Source: a bacterium | Lineage (GTDB): Bacteria; Bacteroidota; Bacteroidia; Bacteroidales; FEN-979 | Assembly: GCA_043806735.1 (NCBI GenBank) | Contig: JAZDGR010000050.1 | Location: 280 to 64,279, forward strand | Direction: 5' to 3' | DNA: 64,000 nucleotides | In this document: piece by piece, positions 20,854 to 31,318 of the stretch | Numbering within the stretch: position 1 is the stretch's first letter | Layout of the letters: every line of letters begins with the position of its first letter | Translations under genes and position numbers: made by a program | The notes under the pieces: generated by a model | Seen by the model: only the letters and a program-made list of their open reading frames with translations | Databases searched by the model: none | What the model was told of the DNA's origin: nothing

Positions 20854-22830
20854 TTACCGCCCCACGATCTTGAACTCTGTCCGGCGGTTATTGGCGCGGC
20901 CTGCTTCGGTTTCGTTAGTGTCGATAGGCTGCGAAAAGCCATAACCGGAGTAGGTCAAGCGGCTCGGGGAGATCCCATGCTGAACGAGATAATCGAAGAC
21001 AGCTCTGGCACGATTTTTTGACAGTTCCAGGTTGTGCTGCTCCGAGCTAATGCTATCGGTGTGACCGCTGATTTCGATTTTCAGCGCAGGATTGCGTTGT
21101 AGAAGTCCGGTCAGTTTCTCCAGCTCAATGTAGGATTCCGGTTTGAGGTCAAATTTATCCGTATCAAAAAAGATGTTCCTGAGCACGACGGTCTCCCCCA
21201 CCCGGATAGGCTGCAAGGGAATGTTCTTTAGGAAGGGTGTGGCCTGCTCCCGGATGCCGGATAAGGAGAAGTGATCGGAGTAGAAGAGATATCCTTCCCG
21301 GGAGACAGATAGCGCGTAGTCACGGTTGGTGGGCAGGCAAACCAGGAAAGATCCGTCGATGGGGTCGGAGATGGATTGAACGGAGACCTGGTTCAGCTGC
21401 AGATCAATCAGTTCAAACCTGGCCTGCAGTCGTTTCTTTGTTTCCTTATCGTAAACAATTCCTTTCAGATAAGTCACCGGATTCGGCTGAGCTTCCGGGT
21501 AAATAGGAAATGCATAGATATCCTGTCTGCCTTTTCCCCCCAGCTTATCCGACGAGATGTAGGCAAGATCCCCTGTGGTGTTGACCACCAGGGTGATCTC
21601 ATCCGCAGAGGTATTGATCGGGTAGCCCAGATTTACCGGTTTCTTCCAGGATCCATCGGGTAGTTTCCTGGAATAAAAAAGATCAAGACCTCCCATCCCC
21701 TGGTGTCCCTTTGAAGCAAAGTATAGCGTTTGATTATCGGGGTGAATGAACGGATTTTGTTCCTCTCCGAAGGTGTTGATCGAATCGCCCAGGTTCACGG
21801 GAAAAGACCAGTCTCCGTTGGGGAGTAGCTCTGTTTTCCAGATATCTGAACTTCCTTTTCCGCCTTCCCGCTTACTTGCAAAATAGAGGGTTTTCCCGTC
21901 GGAAGAAAAAGAGGGCTGTGAATCCCAGGCAGGCGAATTCACTACCGGCCCCAGGTTACGGGGTGTCGACCAGTGGATTCCCATTTTCCACGACCAGTAA
22001 ATATCGCAGCTTCCGAAACCATCTTCCCGCTGACAGGCTGCAAAGAAGAGGAGTTGCCCGTCGGGCGAAATGGAAATAGCGCCTTCATTTCCGCGGGTAT
22101 TGATCGGAGGGCCAAGGTTCTTTGCCAATCCCCAAACAGTGTCGCGGATAAGATTCGAGCTATAAAAATCCTCTTCCACTGCATCAGATACTTCATGCGT
22201 TAGCAGGCTGGTTGGCAAACGGCGCGTAAAAAAGAGCGTTTGCTTGTCGGAGGATATCGCATTGATGTATTCATCATGCGGTGTATTGATGCTGTCGCCC
22301 AGGTTTACCGGATGAAACGGTACCGGGTTGCTCAGGGCACGGATCGCGAAGTCGCATCGTTGGATATTTTCCTCCGTCTGCCACCGCCGGTTGACCGGTC
22401 CCTTGTTATAGGCAAGGTATTTCTCATAATGCTGTTTGGCCTTTTCATAGAGACCTGAGGCCAGCTCCAGATTCCCAAGGATAACATAAAGCGTATAGTC
22501 GAGATCAGGAGCCAGTCGCATCGCTCTGTCATAATACGCAATGGCTTCCGCGGGATTTCCCTGTTCTGCCATTATATCTCCTGACAGAGCCAGGGCTTCA
22601 GCAAATTGCGGATCTGCTTCCACGGCTTTCTTTAGGGAAAAGATGGCGTTTTGATAATCGCGAACCTGGTACTGTTCAAATGCCTGGTAGTAGAACTTTT
22701 CCGCTTTTTTGGAGGTAGTTGAGAGTTTTCCGGGGAATTGGGCGAGTGAAGAGTGAACAGTGAACAGTGAAAAGTGAATAGTGAATAGTGATAAGAAAAA
22801 AAGGAGTTTTAGGTTGCGGGAGAGGGGCAT
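20854..22830 (-). CDS. TPR/PD40/OmpA-family protein (PorE-like)
   Basis: TPR N-terminus, repeated NLGxxIN PD40 units, NIFFD...GHTD...LSKNRA...NRRTEF OmpA domain. Confidence 0.92.
   Translation of the reverse strand: MPLSRNLKLLFFLSLFTIHFSLFTVHSSLAQFPGKLSTTSKKAEKFYYQAFEQYQVRDYQNAIFSLKKAVEADPQFAEALALSGDIMAEQGNPAEAIAYYDRAMRLAPDLDYTLYVILGNLELASGLYEKAKQHYEKYLAYNKGPVNRRWQTEENIQRCDFAIRALSNPVPFHPVNLGDSINTPHDEYINAISSDKQTLFFTRRLPTSLLTHEVSDAVEEDFYSSNLIRDTVWGLAKNLGPPINTRGNEGAISISPDGQLLFFAACQREDGFGSCDIYWSWKMGIHWSTPRNLGPVVNSPAWDSQPSFSSDGKTLYFASKREGGKGSSDIWKTELLPNGDWSFPVNLGDSINTFGEEQNPFIHPDNQTLYFASKGHQGMGGLDLFYSRKLPDGSWKKPVNLGYPINTSADEITLVVNTTGDLAYISSDKLGGKGRQDIYAFPIYPEAQPNPVTYLKGIVYDKETKKRLQARFELIDLQLNQVSVQSISDPIDGSFLVCLPTNRDYALSVSREGYLFYSDHFSLSGIREQATPFLKNIPLQPIRVGETVVLRNIFFDTDKFDLKPESYIELEKLTGLLQRNPALKIEISGHTDSISSEQHNLELSKNRARAVFDYLVQHGISPSRLTYSGYGFSQPIDTNETEAGRANNRRTEFKIVGR
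22745..22793. repeat. Seven tandem AGTGA(A/T)N heptamers inside the OmpA signal peptide
   Basis: agtgaag agtgaac agtgaac agtgaaa agtgaat agtgaat agtgata. Confidence 0.9.
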
Positions 22831-22881
22831 GATCTGTTTGTCAGGGGATTGACAAAGGTACTCTTTTCCCGTAATTTATGT

Positions 22882-23589
22882 CTACGGGATGCCGATGTAT
22901 TTATGGCTCTGCAGGGAGAGTTTCCAGCCAGGATGGGCTTTAATATACTGAATGATCAGGGGAAGCATCTCATCACGGCGGCTCCATTCCGGCTGTAAAA
23001 ACAGGTGGCAATCCGGAGATACCTGCGAAGCCTGTTGTTCTGCCCATGCAAGGTCTTCCGGTTCATGTATGATCACCTTAAGTTCTTGGCTGATGGCATA
23101 AAACTCCTCACGGGGAGGCCACTCCCGTTTGGGAGAAAGGCAGATCCAATCCCATATCCCGCTCAGGGGCTGGGTACCTGAGGTTTCGAGGAAGGTTTTG
23201 ATGCTGGTTGCTGGTTGCTGGCTGCTGGTTGCTGGTACCTCATGGCTATTGCCACTTGCCTGGTGGCTCATGACTGGTGTCTCATGGCTGAATTTCAGCT
23301 GCTGACATAGATAATCCAGATTATAACGCAGCGGCTCGCCACCGGTGATAATTACCGCATTTGCAGAGCATTTTCGAGCCCGATATACCATCTGATCAGT
23401 CTCGACGGGGGGGAACAGTTCCGCGTTCCACGATTCCTTGACATCACACCACTCACAGCCCACATCACATCCACCAACCCGGATAAACCAAGCTGCCGAA
23501 CCGGTATGAAAACCCTCTCCCTGGAGGGAGAAGAACTCTTCCATTGCAGGAAGAAGTTTGCCGGAATCGAGAAGTTCTTTTTGGGCCAT
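22882..23589 (-). CDS. queE: 7-carboxy-7-deazaguanine synthase (radical SAM)
   Basis: FFSLQGEG, GCDVGCEWCD, ITGGEP, ETSG, LSPK, LSLQSHK. Confidence 0.93.
   Translation of the reverse strand: MAQKELLDSGKLLPAMEEFFSLQGEGFHTGSAAWFIRVGGCDVGCEWCDVKESWNAELFPPVETDQMVYRARKCSANAVIITGGEPLRYNLDYLCQQLKFSHETPVMSHQASGNSHEVPATSSQQPATSIKTFLETSGTQPLSGIWDWICLSPKREWPPREEFYAISQELKVIIHEPEDLAWAEQQASQVSPDCHLFLQPEWSRRDEMLPLIIQYIKAHPGWKLSLQSHKYIGIP
23203..23237. repeat. GCTGG(T/C)(T/A) heptamer array inserted in frame in queE
   Basis: gctggtt gctggtt gctggct gctggtt gctggta, encoding part of PATSSQQPATS. Confidence 0.85.
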
Positions 23590-23620
23590 AGTTGCTTGTC
23601 CCCAACCCCCCTGAAGGGGG

Positions 23621-24490
23621 CTATTTTTTTGCCGCCTTCAGCGTATTCTGCAATAAGGAGACGATGGTCATAGGTCCCACACCACCTGGGACAGGAGTGA
23701 TGTAGCTGCAACTGTTCGCAATTTTATCGAAATCGACATCGCCTGCTAGACGGAAACCCGATTTCTTTGATTCATCGGGGATCCTGTGGACACCCACATC
23801 GATCACAACGGCATCTTTCTTAACCATGCCGGCTTTTACGAAATGAAGTTTGCCCATTGCCACAATCAGGATGTCGGCTTCCCGGGTATAGTTTGCAATC
23901 TCCTTCGTAAAACTGTGACAGAGGGTGACCGTGCAGTTTCCCGGACTGGCTTTTCGGGAAAGGAGAATGCTGATGGGGGTTCCTACAATATGGCTGCGCC
24001 CCAGGACCACGCAATGCTTCCCCCCGGTTTCAACTTTATACCGGTCAAGCAGCGTGACGATTCCCATAGGAGTTGCAGGAAGAAAACAAGGTAATCCCAG
24101 CATCATCCTTCCCAGGTTGACGGGATGAAACCCATCGATGTCCTTGGTTGGATCGAACCGTTCGATCACCTTTTGCTCGTTTATGTGAGGGGGAAGGGGT
24201 AACTGAACGATAAATCCGTCCACCTCCTCATCCCGGTTTAAAAAATCGACCGCATCGAGCAACGCTTTTTCACTTATGTTTGAGGGATACCGGTAGACCG
24301 ATGAGGTCATCCCGACCTCCCGGCTGCTTTTTTCTTTCGAGGATACATAGGTCTGACTGGCCGGATCTTCTCCTACCAGGATGGCGGCAAGATGAGGTGT
24401 TTTTTCACCCCGGTCGATCCTGGCAGCAACCTCACCCGCGATCTCGGCTTTGATTTTATCAGCCAGCTCTTTTCCGTCTAATAGGGTCAT
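23621..24490 (-). CDS. folD: Bifunctional methylenetetrahydrofolate dehydrogenase/cyclohydrolase
   Basis: VQLPLP, KDIDGFHP, PATP, GRSHIVG, TPVPGGVGPMT. Confidence 0.97.
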   Translation of the reverse strand: MTLLDGKELADKIKAEIAGEVAARIDRGEKTPHLAAILVGEDPASQTYVSSKEKSSREVGMTSSVYRYPSNISEKALLDAVDFLNRDEEVDGFIVQLPLPPHINEQKVIERFDPTKDIDGFHPVNLGRMMLGLPCFLPATPMGIVTLLDRYKVETGGKHCVVLGRSHIVGTPISILLSRKASPGNCTVTLCHSFTKEIANYTREADILIVAMGKLHFVKAGMVKKDAVVIDVGVHRIPDESKKSGFRLAGDVDFDKIANSCSYITPVPGGVGPMTIVSLLQNTLKAAKK

Positions 24491-24578
24491 TGAATTTTGA
24501 TTTTATAAAAGGGTCATTAAGGTCATTTGGGTCATTAGGGAAAATTTTCCTATAATGACTTTAATGACTTTAATGGCT

Positions 24579-25913
24579 TTAGTGACTTTTCATATTCCTC
24601 GCGATATGTGCCAAGTTTCTCCCTTTATTCGTTGTCATCACCCGCATCACTTTCCGGGTATCTTCGAACTGTTTCAGCAGGCGGTTCACCTCCTGGATCG
24701 AGGTTCCGGAACCTTCGGCAATCCGTTTTCTCCTGCTTCCGTTCATGACAGAAGGATCGGAGCGTTCGACAGGGGTCATGGAATAGATAATTGCTTCAAT
24801 ATTTTTAAATGCATTGTCATCAATATCCAGGTTACGGATGGCTTTCCCCACCCCGGGGATCATCCCCATGAGGTCTTTCACGTTTCCCATCTTCTTTATC
24901 TGCTTAATCTGTGAAAGGAAATCATTAAAATCAAACTGGTTTTTGGCAATTTTCTTCTGGAGCTTCTTGGCCTCTTCTTCGTCGTACTGTTCCTGCGCTT
25001 TTTCCACCAGCGAAACAATGTCTCCCATGCCCAGGATCCGGTCGGCCATTCGGGCCGGGTAAAAAATATCGAGGGCATCCATCTTCTCGCCGATTCCTAC
25101 GAATTTGATCGGCTTATTGACCACCGATTTGATGCTTAACGCAGCTCCACCCCGCGTGTCTCCATCAAGTTTGGTGAGTACCACGCCGTCGAAGTTCAGC
25201 CGGTCATGGAATGCCTTGGCCGTGTTCACCGCATCCTGACCAGTCATGGAATCGACCACAAAGAGGGTCTCCTGGGGGTTGATAGCCTTTTTGATGGCTG
25301 CGATCTCTTCCATCATCTTTTCATCAATTGACAAACGGCCTGCAGTATCCACGATCACCGCCTGATAGCCGTACTCTTTCGCATGTTTTACGGCATGGCT
25401 TGCAATTTTCACCGGCTCCATATTCCCTTCTTCTGTGAATACCTGGACCGCGATTTGCTCACCCAGCACTTTCAACTGATCAATAGCGGCCGGCCGGTAA
25501 ATGTCCCCGGCCACCAGCAACACCTTTTTGTTCCGTTTGGTTTTAAGATGGTGGGCAAGTTTAGCCGAAAACGTGGTTTTTCCCGAGCCCTGCAATCCCG
25601 CAATCAGAATCACGGCCGGATCGCCTTTCAGGTTAATCTCGCTTTTCTCCTCTCCCATCAACCTGATCAGCTCGTCGTGCACGATCTTTACCATCACTTG
25701 TCCGGGAGACACCGCTGTCAACACGTTTTGTCCCAATGCCTGTTCCTTCACATCGTCGGTGAACTGCTTGGCAATCTTATAACTGACATCGGCATCCAGC
25801 AGGGCTTTCCGGACATCCTTCAGGGTTTCCGCTACGTTGATTTCCGAAATGTGGCCATGCCCCTTTAAAACCTTAAAAGCCCTGTCGAGTTTATCGCTTA
25901 ATCCTTCAAACAT
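24579..25913 (-). CDS. ffh: Signal recognition particle protein Ffh
   Basis: GLQGSGKTT, DTAGR, TKLDGDTRGGAALS, RILGMGD, M-domain. Confidence 0.98.
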   Translation of the reverse strand: MFEGLSDKLDRAFKVLKGHGHISEINVAETLKDVRKALLDADVSYKIAKQFTDDVKEQALGQNVLTAVSPGQVMVKIVHDELIRLMGEEKSEINLKGDPAVILIAGLQGSGKTTFSAKLAHHLKTKRNKKVLLVAGDIYRPAAIDQLKVLGEQIAVQVFTEEGNMEPVKIASHAVKHAKEYGYQAVIVDTAGRLSIDEKMMEEIAAIKKAINPQETLFVVDSMTGQDAVNTAKAFHDRLNFDGVVLTKLDGDTRGGAALSIKSVVNKPIKFVGIGEKMDALDIFYPARMADRILGMGDIVSLVEKAQEQYDEEEAKKLQKKIAKNQFDFNDFLSQIKQIKKMGNVKDLMGMIPGVGKAIRNLDIDDNAFKNIEAIIYSMTPVERSDPSVMNGSRRKRIAEGSGTSIQEVNRLLKQFEDTRKVMRVMTTNKGRNLAHIARNMKSH

Positions 25914-26074
25914 CGCAATTGAAATAGTTGGTTCTGGACTGCAAAAGTAAACATTCCGGGGGACTTGCTTTTCCGTAAAACTTCAAATTTTTGTCGATAA
26001 CTTTTTCATTTGTTTGATTTCTTTAGTATGTTTGTAGTGGGTAATGTATTATTTATTCACTTAAATCTTAAATC

Positions 26075-27634
26075 ATGATGAAAAAGTTCCTTAGTTTATC
26101 GATTTCTCTGGCATTAAGTGTTTGGGCCATCGGGCAAACAGGATGGATTCAGGTTGATGTCGATTTAGATCCCGGAAGGAAAGTTGGCCAGATCTCCGAC
26201 GGGATGAATGATCCGACTGCATTATGGGCAATGGCAGTGGATGGCACCACGGCCATCGTTGATGAATATACAAGGTCAATCGATGGAGGTCTTACGTGGA
26301 ATCAAGGCTCTTTCAACGCCGGTACAGGATTGTCACAATTATTTGCCATTGACGCAAATACCTGTTGGGCTGTATTCAACACGGGCGCTTCCCAGGGTCT
26401 TTACAAAACCGTTAACGGTGGGACAACCTGGATTAAAAAAGGAACTGCGTATGGCGCCAGTTCTTTTGCCAATATCATGCACTTCTTTAATGACAATGAT
26501 GGAGTCGCAATGGGTGATCCTCTTGGAGGATATTACGAAATTTACACGACCACCGATGGAGGCGAAACGTGGACCCGTGTTCCCCAGGCAAACATTCCAG
26601 CACCTACTGCGGGAGAATATGGAATCACGGGGAATTATTGCGCCAGTGGGGATCATATCTGGTTTGGAACTAACCAAGGCAGAATATTTCATTCCGCAAA
26701 TAAAGGGGTTAACTGGACTGCTGCGTTGACTGTTTTCGGAAACGTTGAAACCGTTATCCCTGAATTTGCTGATCCGTTGAATGGGATCGCTTACAGGTCG
26801 TATCTGAACATGGGGATTGAGCCAGTGCTTAACGTGACCACCGATGGGGGTGCAACCTGGACGGAACTATTTGTAACGGGCGATATGTATGCCCGGTATA
26901 TCGAGTATGTCCCCGGAACTGTTGAGACGTATGTCGGTTCTTCCAGTGAAGCAGGAGCGAATGGAATTTCGTATAGTTATGATGGCGGAACCACCTGGAC
27001 AACGATCACTGCAGGATATGATTTCGGAGCCTCCGCGTGGAGTGATAATGAGGACGGTTTGGCTGGAGGCACGGTAGCAACCAACGGTACCGGAGGAATG
27101 TATATTTATGACGGCGATCCTCTTGGACCGGTTGTAGCCAATTTTGAAGCGAATGTCACCGCCATTGAGCTGGGAGACCAGGTTATCTTCACGGATCTCT
27201 CTACCGGAAGTCCTACCAGCTGGGCCTGGGTATTTGAAGGAGGCTCCCCGGGCACTTCCTATCTGCAAACCCCTCCGGCTATTACTTACAGCACTCCTGG
27301 CCTCTGGGATGTAACCCTGGTCGTTTCGAATGTTAACGGTTCCGACACACTAACTATCCCTGATTATATTTATGTGGGTGGAGTAGGTATCAACGACCAT
27401 TCCTCTGCTACGGTAACTATTTTCCCGAATCCGGTCTCAGACGTCCTGAACATCAACGGAACAGAAACCATTCAGGAGCTTCAGGTGTTAAACCTGGTCG
27501 GACAGGTTGTGTACAACCAGAAAGTGGACAACACTACCGTTGTCCTGAACCTTGACAACCTCAAGGCCGGCGTATATAACCTGAGGATAAAGATGGCTGA
27601 TGGATGTGTCAACAAGAAGATCATAGTGAATTAA
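26075..27634 (+). CDS. Secreted BNR/YCF48-like beta-propeller + PKD + T9SS C-terminal domain (paralog 1)
   Basis: Signal peptide; repeated TxDGGxTW Asp-boxes; FTDLS...W PKD; IFPNP...GVYNL tail. Confidence 0.85.
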   Translation: MMKKFLSLSISLALSVWAIGQTGWIQVDVDLDPGRKVGQISDGMNDPTALWAMAVDGTTAIVDEYTRSIDGGLTWNQGSFNAGTGLSQLFAIDANTCWAVFNTGASQGLYKTVNGGTTWIKKGTAYGASSFANIMHFFNDNDGVAMGDPLGGYYEIYTTTDGGETWTRVPQANIPAPTAGEYGITGNYCASGDHIWFGTNQGRIFHSANKGVNWTAALTVFGNVETVIPEFADPLNGIAYRSYLNMGIEPVLNVTTDGGATWTELFVTGDMYARYIEYVPGTVETYVGSSSEAGANGISYSYDGGTTWTTITAGYDFGASAWSDNEDGLAGGTVATNGTGGMYIYDGDPLGPVVANFEANVTAIELGDQVIFTDLSTGSPTSWAWVFEGGSPGTSYLQTPPAITYSTPGLWDVTLVVSNVNGSDTLTIPDYIYVGGVGINDHSSATVTIFPNPVSDVLNINGTETIQELQVLNLVGQVVYNQKVDNTTVVLNLDNLKAGVYNLRIKMADGCVNKKIIVN

Positions 27635-27748
27635 TCTTCGTTCTCCTTCTTGTTTTTAAAATTTCTGTCAGTTAGTTATTCTGTTTGACAGATTTCTTCG
27701 TATGTTTGTAGTGAGCAATTATTAATTATTCACTAAAACTGTTTCATT

Positions 27749-29341
27749 ATGAAGAAGATTCTACTTTCAGTTTTTGCTTTTGCAACGATTGCATTGGCAA
27801 CTTACGCACAATGTCCGTGGACTGAATATGCTACGGGATTTACTACCGCTTCCCGTGGCATCAACAGCGTTTGTGCGGTGGATGACCAGGTGGTATGGGC
27901 TACTGCCTATGACGGCAGCGGCGGCAGTGCCCCCTGCCAACAATACACCCGTTCGACCGATGGCGGACTCACCTGGACTCCAGGGACCATCCCCGGGATC
28001 ACCGCTCTTGACCTGGCGATGGTCAGTGCCATCAGCGACCAGGTAGCTTGGATCGTGGCTTATCCCCCGGGAGCAACCACCACAGGCCAGGGTATTTACT
28101 ACACTTCCAACGGAGGTACTACATGGGCCAAGCAAGCATCCGCTCTGTTCACCAATGCGGCTTCCTTTGTCAATTGTGTACATTTCTGGGATGCCAACAA
28201 CGGCTGGTGCATGGGCGACCCCATCAACGGGGAATATGAAATCTACACCACCACCAACGGAGGCACCAACTGGGTGGCCGTTCCCGGGGCCAACATCCCG
28301 AATCCTGTTAGCGGTGAATTTGGCGTTGTCGGGTACTACTCTGTAGTGGGAGACATTGTATGGTTCGGAACCAATAAAGGCCGGGTGTATAAATCGATAG
28401 ACAAAGGGAATAACTGGACTGTCGCTGTTTGTACCCCGCTAAATAACAAGTACATTCAGCCTTACTTCAAGGATGAGAACTTTGGTTTCTGCCAGGATAA
28501 AAATGCGGCAACTACCGGTGCTCTGGCTGTAACCACCGATGGTGGAACTACGTGGACCGCCGTGACTCAGACCGGAACTGTGTACTGGAACGACATGGCG
28601 TACATTCCCGGGACAACGGGGACATGGCTTTCCACCGGAGCCGCCACCACAGGATCCGGAGTGACTTATAGCTTTGATGACGGGAACAACTGGACGGAAT
28701 GGGTCGATTGCCAGGGAACCCAGTTCCTGGCTACCGATTTTATCGATACTGAAACTGGTTGGGCGGGAAGCTTCAATACCGATGCAACAACCGGAGGCAT
28801 GTGGGTTTTCACGGGCAACCTGGTTCCTCCCGTTCCTCCAGTGGCTGATTTTGAAGCCAACTATACCGGTATTGAACTTGGAGACCAGGTTATTTTCACC
28901 GACCTTTCCACCGGGAATCCCTCGAGCTGGGCATGGACCTTCGAAAGCGGAAGCCCCGGGACATCCTATTTACAAGCTCCTCCCGCTATTACTTACAATA
29001 CTCCTGGCAGCTGGGACGTCACGCTCACGGTAACCAATGTGAACGGCACCAACACGTTAACCATCCCTGATTATATTTATGTTGGCGGCGTTGGCATCAA
29101 CGATCATTCAAATGCTACAGTTACGATTTTCCCGAATCCGGTGACAGACGTTCTGAATATCAACGGAACAGCAGCCATTCAGGAAGTACAAGTATTGAAT
29201 CTGGTCGGCCAAGTTGTATCCAACCAGAAAGTGGACAACACTACCGTTGTTCTAAACCTTGACTACCTCAAGGCCGGAATCTATAACCTCAGGGTGAAGA
29301 TGGCCGACGGATATGTCAACAAGAAGATTGTAGTGAATTAA
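27749..29341 (+). CDS. Secreted BNR/YCF48-like beta-propeller + PKD + T9SS C-terminal domain (paralog 2)
   Basis: Same architecture as the upstream gene; near-identical PKD and CTD region. Confidence 0.85.
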   Translation: MKKILLSVFAFATIALATYAQCPWTEYATGFTTASRGINSVCAVDDQVVWATAYDGSGGSAPCQQYTRSTDGGLTWTPGTIPGITALDLAMVSAISDQVAWIVAYPPGATTTGQGIYYTSNGGTTWAKQASALFTNAASFVNCVHFWDANNGWCMGDPINGEYEIYTTTNGGTNWVAVPGANIPNPVSGEFGVVGYYSVVGDIVWFGTNKGRVYKSIDKGNNWTVAVCTPLNNKYIQPYFKDENFGFCQDKNAATTGALAVTTDGGTTWTAVTQTGTVYWNDMAYIPGTTGTWLSTGAATTGSGVTYSFDDGNNWTEWVDCQGTQFLATDFIDTETGWAGSFNTDATTGGMWVFTGNLVPPVPPVADFEANYTGIELGDQVIFTDLSTGNPSSWAWTFESGSPGTSYLQAPPAITYNTPGSWDVTLTVTNVNGTNTLTIPDYIYVGGVGINDHSNATVTIFPNPVTDVLNINGTAAIQEVQVLNLVGQVVSNQKVDNTTVVLNLDYLKAGIYNLRVKMADGYVNKKIVVN

Positions 29342-29358
29342 ATTTGTTTCACTATTAC

Positions 29359-29394
29359 AGAAGGGGCAATTCATGAATTGCCCCTTCTTTTTTT
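29359..29394. terminator. Palindromic hairpin between convergent genes (probable intrinsic terminator; REP-like sequence)
   Basis: AGAAGGGGCAATTCATGAATTGCCCCTTCT perfect palindrome followed by a T run. Confidence 0.8.
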
Positions 29395-31217
29395 TACATC
29401 CGGTCGGGGGCCTCTATCCCCAGCAATGCCATCCCTTTTTTTAACACGGAACCGGTAAAAGTGGATAACACCAAACGAAACCGGATAATTTCCGGGTTCT
29501 CCTCACGCAGGACGGGAATCTCCTGGTAGAACTGATTGTATTCTTTGGCAAGCTCGTAAATGTAATTGGCAACCAACGCCGGACTGAGCTCCTCTCCTGC
29601 TTGTTTCACAACCGTGGGATACAGGTATAGTAATCGGATGAGTTCGCGCTCTACTGGAAGCATCGAGAGTTTTTCGGTGACTGGTGACTGGTGACTGGTG
29701 ACTGGAAACTGCAAACTGCAAACTGCAAACTGGTATCCGGCATCAGATGCTTTTCTCAGTAATGACTGAATCCGGGCATAGGTATACTGGATGAAAGGAC
29801 CGGTGTTGCCGTTGAAATCGATTGACTCTTTGGGATCGAAAAGCATGTTCTTCTTGGGGTCCACTTTCAGGATAAAGTACTTTAGCGCACCCATTCCCAG
29901 CATGTTGAATAGCCGTTCGGCCTCCTCTTGTGGAAAATCACCAACCTTACCCAGTTCCCGGGTTGTCTCTTCGGCCGTCTGGAACATTTCATCCATGAGA
30001 TCATCCGCATCCACCACCTTCCCTTCCCTCGATTTCATCTTCCCTTCAGGCAGCTCCACCATGCCATAAGAAAGGTGGTAAAGCGCATTCGCAGACGGCT
30101 TCCCAAGTTTCTTCAACACCCTCTTCAAAACATCAAAATGGTAGATCTGTTCGTTTCCCACCACATAGATCATCTTCGAAGGATGATATTCCTCATAACG
30201 CTCTTCTGCGGTTCCAAGGTCCTGCGTTATGTAAACGGAAGTTCCGTCGGCCCGCAGGAGCAGCTTCTCATCCAGCCCCTCGTCTGTCAGATCAATCCAG
30301 ATACTGCCATCGGATTTCTGAAAAAGTAAGCCTTTCTCCAGCCCTTCAAAAACCAGCTCCTTCCCGAGGAGGTAAGTATCGCTCTCATAATAGATCTTAT
30401 CAAACCTGACGCCCAAACGCCGGTAAGTCTTGTCAAATCCGTCGTACGCCCATCCGTTCATCGTTTGCCATAAACGAAGGATGATAGGGTCTCTAGTCTC
30501 CCACTGCCTCAGAATATCCTGGGCCTGCCCGATCAGAGAGGCAACTTTCATGGCCTCATCTTCGATCATTCCGGTTTCGATCAGGGACCGGATCTCCTCT
30601 TTCAAATGCTGTTCAAACAACACATAGTACTTCCCTACCAGATGATCGCTTTTCATTCCGGAAGATTGGGGTGTTTCTCCCTCTCCCCATCTCATGTATG
30701 CAAGCAGGGATTTGCAGATATGAATTCCACGGTCGTTGACCAGGTTTACTTTTCTGACATCATATCCATTTGCCCCGAGGATCAAGGCAAGGGAATAGCC
30801 CAGCAGGTTGTTGCGTATGTGGCCCAGATGAAGCGGTTTGTTCGTATTCGGGGAGGAGTATTCCAGCACAACCGGAAGGTCGTTGCGGGCAAGAGATGTG
30901 CCGAATTCAACCGAATTGACATGGGCATAAAGAAACCCGATCCAAAAATCCTCGGTCAGGACCAGGTTGAGGAATCCCTTGATGACATTAAAATCCTTTA
31001 TCTCCGGAAGCCGTTGTGCCAGAAACTGCCCGACTTCTGCAGTTGTCTGCTCCGGGGATTTCCGGGAGTACTTTACCAGGGGAAATATTACGACGGTAAA
31101 GTCCCCTTCAATATCCTGTTTCGTTTTCTCAAATCCAATCACGCTGGGAGCGAGCTCCTGTCCGTACAGCTCTTTCACCGCAATGGTACAAAGATCCCGG
31201 ATTTTGTCTTCGATCAT
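29394..31217 (-). CDS. argS: Arginine--tRNA ligase
   Basis: EYSSPNTNKPLHLGHIRN (HIGH), KMKSREG, GNTGPFIQYTYARI; likely start MIEDK at 31217. Confidence 0.97.
   Translation of the reverse strand: MIEDKIRDLCTIAVKELYGQELAPSVIGFEKTKQDIEGDFTVVIFPLVKYSRKSPEQTTAEVGQFLAQRLPEIKDFNVIKGFLNLVLTEDFWIGFLYAHVNSVEFGTSLARNDLPVVLEYSSPNTNKPLHLGHIRNNLLGYSLALILGANGYDVRKVNLVNDRGIHICKSLLAYMRWGEGETPQSSGMKSDHLVGKYYVLFEQHLKEEIRSLIETGMIEDEAMKVASLIGQAQDILRQWETRDPIILRLWQTMNGWAYDGFDKTYRRLGVRFDKIYYESDTYLLGKELVFEGLEKGLLFQKSDGSIWIDLTDEGLDEKLLLRADGTSVYITQDLGTAEERYEEYHPSKMIYVVGNEQIYHFDVLKRVLKKLGKPSANALYHLSYGMVELPEGKMKSREGKVVDADDLMDEMFQTAEETTRELGKVGDFPQEEAERLFNMLGMGALKYFILKVDPKKNMLFDPKESIDFNGNTGPFIQYTYARIQSLLRKASDAGYQFAVCSLQFPVTSHQSPVTEKLSMLPVERELIRLLYLYPTVVKQAGEELSPALVANYIYELAKEYNQFYQEIPVLREENPEIIRFRLVLSTFTGSVLKKGMALLGIEAPDRM
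29676..29731. repeat. Eight-unit heptamer array (GGTGACT x4, GGAAACT, GCAAACT x3) inside argS
   Basis: Read directly; encodes QFAVCSLQFPVTSHQSPVT in the anticodon-binding domain. Confidence 0.92.
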
Positions 31218-31318
31218 TTTCAAACGGTTCACGCTGCAAAGGTAAACCAGTTCGGCGAAAATCGCATCCCGATTTGGCGAATTTGCTAAAAAAACGTAGG
31301 TTTGCAAAAAATGTCTAT

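Noticed and set aside
24555..24914. ORF starting MTLMTLMAL
   Set aside because: Produced by the nonamer repeat and antisense to ffh.
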